From an uncultured Terrimonas sp. (lineage in GTDB: Bacteria; Bacteroidota; Bacteroidia; Chitinophagales; Chitinophagaceae): DNA of 64,000 nt. Positions within the stretch are counted from its first letter, which is position 1. Each line of letters opens with the position of its first letter. The DNA is taken from positions 12,885 through 76,884 of the forward strand of contig CAYVEI010000001.1 in the NCBI GenBank assembly GCA_964450515.1, given 5' to 3'. Positions 41,344-52,998 of this stretch are shown in pieces. The notes under the pieces were generated by a model. The model saw only the letters and a program-made list of their open reading frames with translations, did no database searches and was not told where the DNA came from. A program made the position numbers and the translations under genes.

Positions 41344-42846
41344 TTATGGTATAATTATTTTTCCTGTAGCCATTCCAAATTCGCTGCCGGATATTGAAAC
41401 CGCATATATCCCTTTGCCCAAAATAGCTGCGTTTGCAGAAACGCGGATGGCCTGACCGGCGCTAATATTTCCCGCTTTTTGTGTGGAGATGAGCTTTCCG
41501 TTTAAACCGGTAATGGTAATTACCGCATTGCGGATATTGCTGCTGCTGGTTACAAAAAAGGAATTACCGGTTACAACAGTAGGGTAAACGCTTACTGTAT
41601 TTGATGAAGCTGCGGCCACACGAATGCTTACTGTTGCTGAATAAGTAGTAATACCGCTCCTGTCTGTCATTTTTAAACGGTAATAGCCGATGCCCCGGAA
41701 TGGAGACGGATCGGTAAAGCGGTATACTGTAACAGCGCTGTTATGAGGGGGCACGGCGCCAATACCTGAAAAAGATTGACCGTCTATACTCCTTTCTACC
41801 TCAAACAGGCGGGGATCACTGCCGGAAGCGATGTTCCAGTTTAATTGCACTGCATTTTCTTTTTCGCGGGCGGTGAAAGATTCAAGGGTAACAGGTAATA
41901 TGCTGAGGGTTTGCATGGCAAACGAGATCCTGTTATCCACTTCGTTTTCATAATATTCTAATACCAGGTTATACGTTCCGCTCAATGAGGCGCTGTAGCT
42001 GGTGGTGGTATAGGAGTGAAGCGCCCAGTTATTAATGATCCAGGTGGCGCCGCCATCAACGCTCAGCCTGTAGCCGTCATCGGCTCCCACAGTAAACATA
42101 TAGGTTCCGGCAGCAAATGTTTTAGTAAGCCGGTAACGAACGCTAAAGGTTTCGGTTTGAACCGGGCAGCCGCTGGTAGCATAAGACACATTGCCACCCC
42201 CAAAATTTTGGTCGAAAGCCGGGTCACTGGCGGAGCCTTCATGTACCATGCCTGCAAATATTTCAAAATTAGTTCCATCGTAAACATAGCCGTTCCATAT
42301 ATTGCCTGTTCCATATATACCCGTGTCTTCTGTTCCGTTGCAGGTAGCAGCTACAGCAAACGATATCCTGTTTTCTCCTCCGTTCTCATAATACTCCAGC
42401 ACCATATTATAGGTACCGCTCAGGGCAACAGAATAAGTGGTAATGGTATAAGACTGATCGTTCCAGCGGTTGATGATCCAGGTGGCACCGCCATCAAGGC
42501 TCAGCCTGTAGCCATCGTCTCCGCCTACCGTAAAAATATAATTGCCGCTGGCAAAGGTCTTGGTAAGCTTATAGCGCATGCTGAACGATTCCGTTAGCAC
42601 GAAACAGCCGGTAGTAGGATAGTTTACATTGCTTCCTCCAAAGTTCCTGTCAAAATTAGGACTCCCTGCCGTTCCTTCATTTACATAGCTGCGGTAATCC
42701 GTAAAGTTAGTGTTGTTGTATGCGTATCCTATCCATATATTACCGGTTCCATAAGAAGTTTGGTTACCGGAAGTTGTACAGGGCTGGCTATGGGCGCATA
42801 ATACGTATAAAAGAAGGCTTGTAAAAATGAGTAAAAATCTTTTCAT
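41344..42846 (-). CDS. secreted protein with two tandem PA14-like domains and a T9SS C-terminal sorting domain
   Basis: Two repeats of about 135 aa (GTGNIW.GY.Y..TNF...GGDDGYRLS.DGGATWIIN.W...YYEN). Ig-like segment and a C-terminal beta-sandwich tail ending GKIIIP. Confidence 0.6.
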   Translation of the reverse strand: MKRFLLIFTSLLLYVLCAHSQPCTTSGNQTSYGTGNIWIGYAYNNTNFTDYRSYVNEGTAGSPNFDRNFGGSNVNYPTTGCFVLTESFSMRYKLTKTFASGNYIFTVGGDDGYRLSLDGGATWIINRWNDQSYTITTYSVALSGTYNMVLEYYENGGENRISFAVAATCNGTEDTGIYGTGNIWNGYVYDGTNFEIFAGMVHEGSASDPAFDQNFGGGNVSYATSGCPVQTETFSVRYRLTKTFAAGTYMFTVGADDGYRLSVDGGATWIINNWALHSYTTTSYSASLSGTYNLVLEYYENEVDNRISFAMQTLSILPVTLESFTAREKENAVQLNWNIASGSDPRLFEVERSIDGQSFSGIGAVPPHNSAVTVYRFTDPSPFRGIGYYRLKMTDRSGITTYSATVSIRVAAASSNTVSVYPTVVTGNSFFVTSSSNIRNAVITITGLNGKLISTQKAGNISAGQAIRVSANAAILGKGIYAVSISGSEFGMATGKIIIP

Positions 42847-43283
42847 GGCGGTTTAATTGGGGTTAAATATTGCGTAAACATAACGCAACCTAATAAGTGT
42901 TATTGCTTAGTTTCGATGGGTAATACACTTATGATTCGGTATAAATCTATGTATCTGTATTGAGCGGTAATTTTATATAATGCTGATTTTTAATGGAGTA
43001 TAAATTTATAAAGGATAGCTTGCATTGATAAAAGCTAAGCTATGAATGAACGCGCGACCCTGAACCCCCCTTAGCGGAGCCCGTACGTAATTCGGTGGTT
43101 TGATCAAAAGCTTCGATCAGTTGAATTTCAAAATTTTAGAATTGGCCTGCCTGAGCCCAATAGCTCATCCTGTTAGAAGAAATGGCAGTACAACAGGTAT
43201 CCGCAGTCTTAAAGCCCTTCTTCTCTTGCGCTTTAAATCGTACCTTTGCGGCTTGTTTTCGCAAAAGGCGGAATTTAAAATAA

Positions 43284-44942
<1,659 letters not shown>

Positions 44943-45052
44943 GAGTATTTGTAGTTTGAGGTTTATTGTTGTTCGATTCGGAAGGAAAGGATTTAAAATC
45001 TAAGACTTGCCCGTCCGGCAGGTGGGTTTGAGATTGTATTCCCTTCGGATTT

Positions 45053-45085
45053 CGAAATTTAATATTCGGATTTGAGACTTGTTTG
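45053..45085. repeat. 33-nt dispersed repeat, copy 2 (inverted relative to 26689-26721)
   Basis: CGAAATTTAATATTCGGATTTGAGACTTGTTTG. It is embedded in a 190-nt intergenic block of related words (GACTTGCCCGTCCGGCAGGTGGGTTTGAG). Confidence 0.85.
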
Positions 45086-45137
45086 TGTCTTGTTATTAGT
45101 TCCTGGTGCTTTTCTGTTTCTTCGTATTTAAAACCGC

Positions 45138-45911
45138 ATGGCGCGTAAAAAAAAGACAATCCCCGGCTGGAAGGCTTTGCTGCTAATGACAGGCTTAATG
45201 CTATTAACCGCCGGTCTTATATATGGTTATATACGCTGGAAAGAATACCATGTTCATTTTGTGCGTTACACTGCTTTTGGTATTGAGATCCCGGTTAATT
45301 ATAATATCCATGGCATAGATGTTTCGCATCACCAGGATGTGATAGACTGGGAAGAAGTAAAGCAGATGAATGTAGAAGATATGCAGTTGAGCTTTGCTTT
45401 TATTAAAGCCACGGAAGGATTGGTAAACGTAGATAAATTGTTTAAACGCAACTGGTATAAGGCAAGAGAGGAAGGAATGACAAGAGGCGCATACCATTTT
45501 TTTCTGGCTACAAAAAGTGGGAAAAAGCAGGCAGATAATTTTATAGCGCAGGTAACGCTGGAACCCGGAGATCTGCCCCCGGTGCTGGATGTAGAGCAAT
45601 TATACGGCGTAAAGCCCGCAACCCTTCGCATAAGGGTTCAGGAATGGCTCACTACTATTGAAACGTACTATAAGGTAAAACCCATTATTTATACCAATGT
45701 TGATTTTTATGATCAGTATTTGGGAAAAGCGTTTGACGCGTACCCTTTATGGGTGGCGCACTACCTGCAGCCTAATAAGCCGCGTATTGAACGGCCGTGG
45801 ATATTCTGGCAGCACAGCGAAACCGGGAAGGTTAATGGCATAAGCACCAGGGTAGACTTTAATGTGTTTAACGGCGATTCCACGGCTTTCCGCCAGTTGT
45901 TGTTAAATTAA
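45138..45911 (+). CDS. glycoside hydrolase family 25 muramidase, membrane-anchored
   Basis: N-terminal TM anchor. GH25 motifs GIDVSHHQDVIDW and FIKATEG. Confidence 0.75.
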   Translation: MARKKKTIPGWKALLLMTGLMLLTAGLIYGYIRWKEYHVHFVRYTAFGIEIPVNYNIHGIDVSHHQDVIDWEEVKQMNVEDMQLSFAFIKATEGLVNVDKLFKRNWYKAREEGMTRGAYHFFLATKSGKKQADNFIAQVTLEPGDLPPVLDVEQLYGVKPATLRIRVQEWLTTIETYYKVKPIIYTNVDFYDQYLGKAFDAYPLWVAHYLQPNKPRIERPWIFWQHSETGKVNGISTRVDFNVFNGDSTAFRQLLLN

Positions 45912-45929
45912 AAACAAAAGCATTCATAT

Positions 45930-46154
45930 ATGAGCAACGGCATTGAACCCGAATTGAAGCGGATCATCACAAAAATTTTGCGGGTGATAACAGCTATAAT
46001 CGTGTGGTCTGTTATTACCATCTTCTTCGGATTGTATTTAGAGTGGGCCCTGATCAGGGGATCTTTTAATACCTTTAATACGATGTTCTATGCCTGGTTT
46101 GTAATAAGCTTTACAGCCCTGATCTATTATTTCTACAGGATCTGGAGCGAATAG
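45930..46154 (+). CDS. small two-TM membrane protein (hypothetical)
   Basis: 74-aa ORF, 18 nt after the GH25 gene, with two hydrophobic segments. Confidence 0.35.
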   Translation: MSNGIEPELKRIITKILRVITAIIVWSVITIFFGLYLEWALIRGSFNTFNTMFYAWFVISFTALIYYFYRIWSE

Positions 46155-46170
46155 GGCGTGTTGTACGGGT

Positions 46171-46219
46171 ATTTATATTTGGCGGAATCGCATTAAGATA
46201 GCCACATTCCGCCAAATAT
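46171..46219. repeat. 19-nt direct repeat copy A (ATTTATATTTGGCGGAATC, 46171-46189) plus its inverted partner, forming a 14-bp hairpin
   Basis: ATATTTGGCGGAAT (46175-46188) pairs with ATTCCGCCAAATAT (46206-46219) across a 17-nt loop. It lies between convergent genes. Confidence 0.85.
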
Positions 46220-46285
46220 GGCAATATCGGAGGTTTTGAAATAAGATGCCGTTATGCAGCAAAACTCCTTTAACGGTAATATTTA

Positions 46286-47725
46286 TCAGCCAAACAGGTC
46301 GCCTGCTGGTACCTGGCTTTGCACCAATTCGGTAGCATAGCTGTTTTCCTGTATGCCAAAGCAGGTTACCATAGCAATAAACACCGTTTTTTTTGCGGGC
46401 GCCGCCATTCTTACCACGGCTCTTTTATTTCTTAGCTCCGCTGCATATTTTTTTGTTATGATAAAAGGAGCATCATAAAACTTCATTTCGCATACATTAA
46501 TAATATTATCTGCCCTGTCTATGAGCATATCTATTTGTACTCCCCCGGTATCGCCGCCGGATTTTTGTATATAACTGCCGGCTTCTGAATATACGGCTGC
46601 TATACCCCTCGCTTTTTTTATTTGTTGTAAATGGGTAAAGCAAATGTTTTCGAAAGCATAGCCGCACCATGTTTTCCATTGCGGCGTATGCTCAAGACTG
46701 ATAAAACTGCCTTCCCCGTTTTTTCTTTTGCCTTCCATGAACTTCAGGTAAAACAGCGAATAGTTGTCTGCCAGGCGGTATAGTATATCCTTTTTCTTTT
46801 TATTGAATGGGGGTACGGTTAGTATGAAATCAGATTGTTCAAGTTCTGTAAGGATGCGGGTAACGCCGCCTCCGTCGCTCATTCCCGTTAGCGTAAGCAG
46901 TTGGGAGCGGGTAACGCCCATCCATTTTACAGCGAGGGCACGGATAACGGCAATATGCGCATCCGGCTTATCATACAGCGAGGCGTACAATTTATCAAAT
47001 TCTTCTTTTAGTAACCCGTTTTTCGAAAAACACAGCCGGTCAATTTGCCAGGCTACGCTCCTGCCTTTTTTAATTTCTTTGAGGTAATGGGGCACGCCGC
47101 CTGTAACCATATACAATTGTATAATCTGGTACCTGTTCAGGTCAATATGCGCCGTTTTTAAAAACTGTTCGGTTTCGCCCAGCGTAAAGGGTTTTAAATG
47201 TATAAGTCTTGTGATCCTGTTATGCAAGCTTCCTTTATGATGTACTATTTTGCTGATCATCCAGCCCGCTGCGGAACCACATATTACCACCAGCACGTTA
47301 TTACGGCTTGCCCAATCGTTCCAGAAGTAACCGAACGCTTCTAAGAAACCCGATCTGGCGGTGGCTAACCATGGCAACTCATCAAAAAAAATAACGCGTT
47401 TTTTGCTTTTCTTTATTTGTCCCAGATATTGCTTCAGTTGCGAAAAGGCTTCCTGCCAGTTTGCCGGAGGCTTTAGCTGCATGGTAATATTCAGGTATCC
47501 TGATATTTTTTCTGCAAAATTATTGAGCTGTGCATCGGTACCGGCATGTTGCATGCCAGTCATTTCAAAACAGGAGGCCCCTTCCAGTACATGCCGTATC
47601 AGGTACGTTTTTCCTACCCGGCGGCGTCCTGTTACGGCTACCATTTCCGATTGCCCGGAATGTAAAGCTTCTTTTAATAGGTTTATTTCTTCTTCACGGC
47701 CGGTAAATCCTGCTGCCATATGCAT
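46286..47725 (-). CDS. AAA-type ATP-binding protein (archaeal-ATPase/DUF234-like architecture)
   Basis: Walker A TGRRRVGKT, Walker B VIFFDELPW. 479 aa with a C-terminal restriction-endonuclease-like/DUF234-like tail (family guess). Confidence 0.65.
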   Translation of the reverse strand: MHMAAGFTGREEEINLLKEALHSGQSEMVAVTGRRRVGKTYLIRHVLEGASCFEMTGMQHAGTDAQLNNFAEKISGYLNITMQLKPPANWQEAFSQLKQYLGQIKKSKKRVIFFDELPWLATARSGFLEAFGYFWNDWASRNNVLVVICGSAAGWMISKIVHHKGSLHNRITRLIHLKPFTLGETEQFLKTAHIDLNRYQIIQLYMVTGGVPHYLKEIKKGRSVAWQIDRLCFSKNGLLKEEFDKLYASLYDKPDAHIAVIRALAVKWMGVTRSQLLTLTGMSDGGGVTRILTELEQSDFILTVPPFNKKKKDILYRLADNYSLFYLKFMEGKRKNGEGSFISLEHTPQWKTWCGYAFENICFTHLQQIKKARGIAAVYSEAGSYIQKSGGDTGGVQIDMLIDRADNIINVCEMKFYDAPFIITKKYAAELRNKRAVVRMAAPAKKTVFIAMVTCFGIQENSYATELVQSQVPAGDLFG

Positions 47726-47742
47726 TTATATTTGGCGGAATC
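47724..47742. repeat. 19-nt direct repeat copy B (ATTTATATTTGGCGGAATC)
   Basis: Exact match to 46171-46189. It overlaps the ATPase start codon by 2 nt. Confidence 0.9.
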
Positions 47743-47792
47743 TTGATTGCACCCGGTGTGTTGTTGGGAATTACCCGGGCTGCTGCCTGTTG

Positions 47793-48221
47793 TTAACTGC
47801 TGTGATCAGCAACGATTTTCCACTCACCCTTGATTTTACGGATCAGTAAAGTATAATGTCCGCTCAAATCGCCGATACTTCGTTGGAGGAACCATTTACC
47901 CACCACGTAATAATATTCCGGCGAAAGGTTTTTTATATGCAGGATCTCAAACCGGAGCCGGCCCATCTTTGAAGTGTCGCTGTAGCTTTTTTTATAGCGG
48001 GTTAAGGTGTTCTGGTAGCCATACACCACGCCGCTGCTGCCAATAAACATAAGGGAATCGTTGTTCCAGTAACCTTTTACAAAATTGTTGAGGTCTCCCT
48101 TGTTCCAGTACAGGGTTTGATCATCTAATATTTTCAGAATGGCTTTTTCAGCGGCAGACTGGCCGCCGGCCTTTAATTGCCCTAAGCATGCGATGAGCAG
48201 CAGGAGTAATAATTTTTGCAT
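47793..48221 (-). CDS. SnoaL-like/DUF4440 (NTF2 fold) secreted protein
   Basis: Signal peptide, then an NTF2-like pattern ending GEWKIVADHSS. Confidence 0.55.
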   Translation of the reverse strand: MQKLLLLLLIACLGQLKAGGQSAAEKAILKILDDQTLYWNKGDLNNFVKGYWNNDSLMFIGSSGVVYGYQNTLTRYKKSYSDTSKMGRLRFEILHIKNLSPEYYYVVGKWFLQRSIGDLSGHYTLLIRKIKGEWKIVADHSS

Positions 48222-48292
48222 AAGTGAGGCGGTATGAAAAACTAATATAACGCGAACTTTGGATGTTCGGAAATCAAAATCAATTTTTTATT

Positions 48293-49003
48293 TCACGGCA
48301 ACATTTCTACTACGATGCGGGTGTTGCTTAAATGAGCAATCCTTACAGGAATTAAATCGCCCGTTTTTACAGCGGCAGGCGCTTCGCCGGGCAACTGCAT
48401 TTTAGCCTGTATTTTATCATTAATGAAACTTACATGAGCACCATAGGGTGAAACTTTAGTTACAGTGGCTTCTATTGGCGTTTTATTTTTGAAATACTGT
48501 ACCGCTTTACGGAACTCCGGGATATAGTTGTGCGTGAAAAGCTCGGCAGACAGGCTGTTGGGTTTATCTATATGCAGCAGTTTAAACTCAACGGGTTCGT
48601 TAAAATTTTTTTCTGCGGGCGGAATTTCCCATGGGGATAATACCAGCGGGAAAAAAATATAACTACCGATTTCTTTTACAAAAAGGGCATCCTCCACAGG
48701 TTTCAAATAGCCGGTAAAGCGGTTATCTGTTGCTGCTTTGTGAATGAGCTGCTCTATTGCCGTGTTGTATAAAAATTTTAAATTAAAGGCTATTATCCTT
48801 TTACCCCTGTCGGCGCCTTTTATCTGGAAACGCACAACATCACCTATACGATACGGTTGCGGCTTTTTCGCTTTTTGCCCGGCCTTATCGTCTGTTCTGC
48901 AGGTGATCGTTTTCTTTTTATCCTTATGCATGTATTCAATGGAAACGTAGTGCTTTTCGTGATTAACGGAAGTAACCGTTCCATTCATTATCGCATTATC
49001 CAT
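48293..49003 (-). CDS. hypothetical protein with OB-fold-like (cold-shock/S1-like) termini
   Basis: The N-terminal GTVTSVNHEKHYVSIEY and the C-terminal ATVTKVSPYGAHVSF resemble OB-fold nucleic-acid-binding modules. Weak call. Confidence 0.4.
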   Translation of the reverse strand: MDNAIMNGTVTSVNHEKHYVSIEYMHKDKKKTITCRTDDKAGQKAKKPQPYRIGDVVRFQIKGADRGKRIIAFNLKFLYNTAIEQLIHKAATDNRFTGYLKPVEDALFVKEIGSYIFFPLVLSPWEIPPAEKNFNEPVEFKLLHIDKPNSLSAELFTHNYIPEFRKAVQYFKNKTPIEATVTKVSPYGAHVSFINDKIQAKMQLPGEAPAAVKTGDLIPVRIAHLSNTRIVVEMLP

Positions 49004-49054
49004 GTAGCGCCCATTTATGCGAAGGTGCGGAAATTATATGAGGGTGCTGTATAC

Positions 49055-50353
49055 TTAATTTCCGGGACTGGCATGCAGCAATTGCAAACCCACGGAACTG
49101 CGTGGCTTAAATCCCGGCCAGCTTTGGATAGCAGGCGGTTCATTGACCATCAGGTATTTCCCGAAGTCCTTTTTCTTCAGGTAAACATCCAGAAAAGCGG
49201 TTATGAAATGCTGGTTAATATTATTAATACGCCGTTCATTCCACGCGGGCTCCGCATAATGATAGTATTCCTGCAGGGCTAACCCCGCCTGTAATGATTC
49301 GGGCGGCGGCGGATTAGGCGCCACGTTATGTCTCGCATTTTCGTAAGTCAGCAGGTAACGGCTGGCATTTATTGCGCCATCATAAATAGCTTTAGTTCCA
49401 TCTTCATAGCCCGATACATCATCTTTGTTACCGGCAACGAAGAAAACAGGTACTTTTAAACCCTTCAACCCATCTTCATCCCATACGCCACGCTGCATGC
49501 CCCAGGGAGCAAAAGCCACTACAGCCTTAACCCCCGGATCGAAAGAGGCTTTAAAGTTTGCATGATTTGCCAGAAGGGTATTGATGGCTTTGCTTCCTCC
49601 TGTCATGGCAGTAAAAAATCCTGCTAACTTTTCACTGTAACCGGCGCCGGCAACATTTAATACGCCATAGCCTCCCATTGAATATCCGATAAGCGCTGTA
49701 TTGCCGGCATCTGCCAATCCCGCTAAGAAACTTCCGCTGCCATTTTTCGCTAAGGCCGCTATCTGCTTCAATACAAACCGTATGTCTTTAGCCCGGTTAA
49801 GTAAAGTGCTTTGAAAGCCTTTTGTATCGCCGTGTGTAGATTCGGTGTGGTCAATGGCCACCACTACATAACCTTTAGACGCCAGGTTTTCGGTGAGATA
49901 GGATAACAATACCCTTGAACCGGGGTAGCCGTGTGATACAATGACCAGTGGAAATGCAGCAGCTCCCTTATCAGGAACGGCATCCCGCAATGCCCTGCCC
50001 TTAAAGGTAAAAGGAACAAGGGGCCTTAACGAATCAGTTGAGCTGCCTAATACATCTTCGTAAACTGCCAGCATGGTTTTGCCTTCAGGCACTATAGCAG
50101 GATACCATATTTCTAATTTCAGCGGGCGGTTATACAATGGATCAACCCCTCCTTTCGAATGCAGAATATCTACCTGGTTATTATTTACAAGGGTTAATGT
50201 GCGTACACCTGCTTTGTATGGGCCGCTTGCCGCCAGTTCCGGGGCGTCGGGTAATGCATCGCCGTTGATAAATGACTCTGCAATGGTTTGTGCTTTTGCC
50301 GGTGCGGTAATCAAAAAGCAAAGTAAAATGATGAGTAAACGAGTGGGTTTCAT
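49055..50353 (-). CDS. secreted alpha/beta hydrolase (PAF-acetylhydrolase / dienelactone-hydrolase-like)
   Basis: I prefer the start at MKPTRLLIILLCFLITAPAKAQ (50353). Nucleophile elbow GYSMGG. Confidence 0.65.
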   Translation of the reverse strand: MKPTRLLIILLCFLITAPAKAQTIAESFINGDALPDAPELAASGPYKAGVRTLTLVNNNQVDILHSKGGVDPLYNRPLKLEIWYPAIVPEGKTMLAVYEDVLGSSTDSLRPLVPFTFKGRALRDAVPDKGAAAFPLVIVSHGYPGSRVLLSYLTENLASKGYVVVAIDHTESTHGDTKGFQSTLLNRAKDIRFVLKQIAALAKNGSGSFLAGLADAGNTALIGYSMGGYGVLNVAGAGYSEKLAGFFTAMTGGSKAINTLLANHANFKASFDPGVKAVVAFAPWGMQRGVWDEDGLKGLKVPVFFVAGNKDDVSGYEDGTKAIYDGAINASRYLLTYENARHNVAPNPPPPESLQAGLALQEYYHYAEPAWNERRINNINQHFITAFLDVYLKKKDFGKYLMVNEPPAIQSWPGFKPRSSVGLQLLHASPGN

Positions 50354-50498
50354 TGTTAAGGATTTAAAATATTGAAAAGGACCGAACTTCAGGTAGCCAT
50401 TGCCGTAATTAAAAACTTTGCTATAAATATAAGCTAAATGAAGCACCCGGTTTATACAAGCGTATTCCGGATTACCCGGCGGGTACCGGTATAACCGG

Positions 50499-50858
50499 TT
50501 ATTCCGTTTTCCTGTTCCCATCTTTGTCAAATAACTTTTTTAAATGCCGTTCCGTAAGCGGAATGGGCAGGATACTGAATAAAAAAGTGAGTACAGTTCC
50601 TGTAATTATACCTGTTTGGCTTAAAGACGGTACGAAGAAGGAAAGCAGCCCTGTTGCGGTAAGGATACCACCGCAAAACAGCATCAACTTTGAAGAATAG
50701 CGGTTGGCTTCCACCCATGTTTGCTGGTTACGCATCGAAGCTTTTGTTCTGTAACCGTAAACCCCGTTGATTTTCTTAGGCGGATACAACAGGGTTATTA
50801 CACTCATAACAATAAGCGTGCAGCCGGTAACGAATGTAATAATGGTAAAGGGAGACAT
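50499..50858 (-). CDS. SdpI/YhfL-family membrane protein
   Basis: I prefer the start at MSPFTIITFV (50858). It has the YGYRT..S motif region (NGVYGYRTKASMRNQQTW) typical of the SdpI family. Confidence 0.55.
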   Translation of the reverse strand: MSPFTIITFVTGCTLIVMSVITLLYPPKKINGVYGYRTKASMRNQQTWVEANRYSSKLMLFCGGILTATGLLSFFVPSLSQTGIITGTVLTFLFSILPIPLTERHLKKLFDKDGNRKTE

Positions 50859-50886
50859 GTTATTTTTAATTGCTGTTACCTGAAGT

Positions 50887-52932
50887 TTATTGCTGTTTGG
50901 CCACTTTATACAATAACCCACCCAGTGCGGCAAAAAAGATCACCCCTAATATTTCATAGCCTAAGGCGCCGCCCAGTAAGTTGGTGATACCGTTTTCAAA
51001 GCTTAGCTTTTCCAGTCCTTTTGAAATGCTATCGTTGGCAGCCAGGAAGGCTACGATCACTCCTGCTATGGCGCCGCCGGCAACCAACCCGGTGGCGAAC
51101 AGGTTGCCTTTGCCAAGGTCTTCTTCACCTGCTTTAATGCCTTCCCCTTTTCTTTTGGCCTGCCAGTCAACAATACCCCGTATAGCGCCGCCTATAAAAA
51201 TAGGTAAAGTGGTTGCCAAAGGCAGGTACAAACCAATAGCGAATGATAAAGCTTTAATACCGCAAAGCTCTACCACCACCGCCACAAAAACACCCACCAG
51301 CACATACTGCCAGTCCAGGTTAAACGACAGCACACCTTTTATTAGTGTAGCCATTAACGTGGCCTGCGGGGCCGCGTAGGTGCTTTGGCCAATGGCATGA
51401 TGGATGCCCTGCGCTACCATTTCGGGTGTGGGGGTGTCCAGCACTTTTATGGTTACGCCTATTGCCAGGGAAGAAACGATTACGCCAATGAACAGCGCCA
51501 ATTGCTGGTACCGTGGCGTAGCGCCAATGAGATAGCCCGTTTTAAGATCCTGCGAAGTAGCGCCTGCATTAGCCGCGGCAATGCATATCATTCCTCCAAC
51601 CACCAGCACCATGGGTTCATAAGATTTACCCGTCCAGCCTACCGCTATAAAAATTAAGCAGGTGCCCAGGATAGTGGCAATGGTCATTCCGGAAATAGGG
51701 TTATTGGAAGAACCGATCAGTCCCACAATACGGGAAGAAACGGTTACGAACAATGCGCCAAATACTACAATAAGCACCCCCACCAGCAAGCGGCTGATAA
51801 AATTTTCGCCGGGGATGAACGGTAAAACCGATACAATTAATACCAGCCCCAAACTTCCAAAGCCCACCACTTTTAAACTCAGATCCTTTTCTGTACGCGA
51901 TTCTTCAGTGGTTATGTTGCCGGCATTCTTATTTTTTAATGATCCCAGGCTGCTTTTAAATGAAGAGACGATAGTGGGTAAGGTTTTCAGTAGTGTTATA
52001 AAACCGCCTGCCGCAACGGCGCCCGCCCCTATTTGCCGGATGTAAGCCCAATAAATGGCGCTTGAAAAATCGGCAAAAGTATGGGTATCAGGGTTCCAGC
52101 CACCCCTTCCTCCTGCAGTACTCACATCAGCGAGCACCCCAAGCTTTACCAATTGAGCGGCAATGGCATCGGCAGGTACGAGCGTTGCCAGTAAAGGAAT
52201 CAATACAAAAGAGGCCAGCACGCTGCCGGCTACCAGCACGCCACCTATTTTGGGCCCGATGATATAACCTACGCCCAGGTATTCAGGTGTTATTTCACCG
52301 CTCACTTTAGCCGAGGGCAGAAATTTATTAACCTGCTTAGTCATGAACTCCGGCGTTTCGGCAATTACATGAACGATCTTTTGTAAGAAAGCGTACAGCA
52401 GCGCAAAGCCTACTCCCGTAAAAGCGGTTTTAGCAAAATCGCCGCCTTTCTCCCCGGCTTTTAATACGGCAGCGCAGGCGGTTCCTTCGGGGTAAGGAAG
52501 CGTATCGTGTTCTTTTACGATCAGCGGTCGGCGCAGGGGGATCATCATTAACGTGCCCAGTATGCCGCCCAGTACGGCAAGCGTAAGTATCGTTACATAA
52601 TTAAAATAGTCTTCATTGGCTTTATCGCTCAAAAATAAAAACCCCGGCAGTGTAAATACAACCCCTGCCGCAATGCTTTCACCGGCAGACCCGGTGGTTT
52701 GAATGATATTGTTCTCAAGAATGGTGGTCTTTAAAAAAAGCCTGCTGAGTGTTATTGCCATTACCGCAATGGGTATGGAGGCGGAAACGGTTAACCCGGC
52801 TTTGAGCGCGAGATATACGGTAGACGCGCCGAAGATGATACCAAACACCGAACCGGTCAATACGGCTTTAATGGTAAATTCGGCCATTCTGGTTTCGGGT
52901 GCTATAAAGGGCTGAAATTTTTTTTCAGACAT
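50887..52932 (-). CDS. OPT-family oligopeptide transporter
   Basis: 681-aa polytopic protein with the N-terminus EFTIKAVLTGSVFGIIFGASTVYLALKAGLTVSASIP, characteristic of bacterial OPT transporters. Confidence 0.8.
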   Translation of the reverse strand: MSEKKFQPFIAPETRMAEFTIKAVLTGSVFGIIFGASTVYLALKAGLTVSASIPIAVMAITLSRLFLKTTILENNIIQTTGSAGESIAAGVVFTLPGFLFLSDKANEDYFNYVTILTLAVLGGILGTLMMIPLRRPLIVKEHDTLPYPEGTACAAVLKAGEKGGDFAKTAFTGVGFALLYAFLQKIVHVIAETPEFMTKQVNKFLPSAKVSGEITPEYLGVGYIIGPKIGGVLVAGSVLASFVLIPLLATLVPADAIAAQLVKLGVLADVSTAGGRGGWNPDTHTFADFSSAIYWAYIRQIGAGAVAAGGFITLLKTLPTIVSSFKSSLGSLKNKNAGNITTEESRTEKDLSLKVVGFGSLGLVLIVSVLPFIPGENFISRLLVGVLIVVFGALFVTVSSRIVGLIGSSNNPISGMTIATILGTCLIFIAVGWTGKSYEPMVLVVGGMICIAAANAGATSQDLKTGYLIGATPRYQQLALFIGVIVSSLAIGVTIKVLDTPTPEMVAQGIHHAIGQSTYAAPQATLMATLIKGVLSFNLDWQYVLVGVFVAVVVELCGIKALSFAIGLYLPLATTLPIFIGGAIRGIVDWQAKRKGEGIKAGEEDLGKGNLFATGLVAGGAIAGVIVAFLAANDSISKGLEKLSFENGITNLLGGALGYEILGVIFFAALGGLLYKVAKQQ

Positions 52933-52998
52933 AATTGGAGAGTTTTCAGAAGAAAGATAAAGAAAATAAGGAAGAGGAAACTAATAATATGGCGCTGA

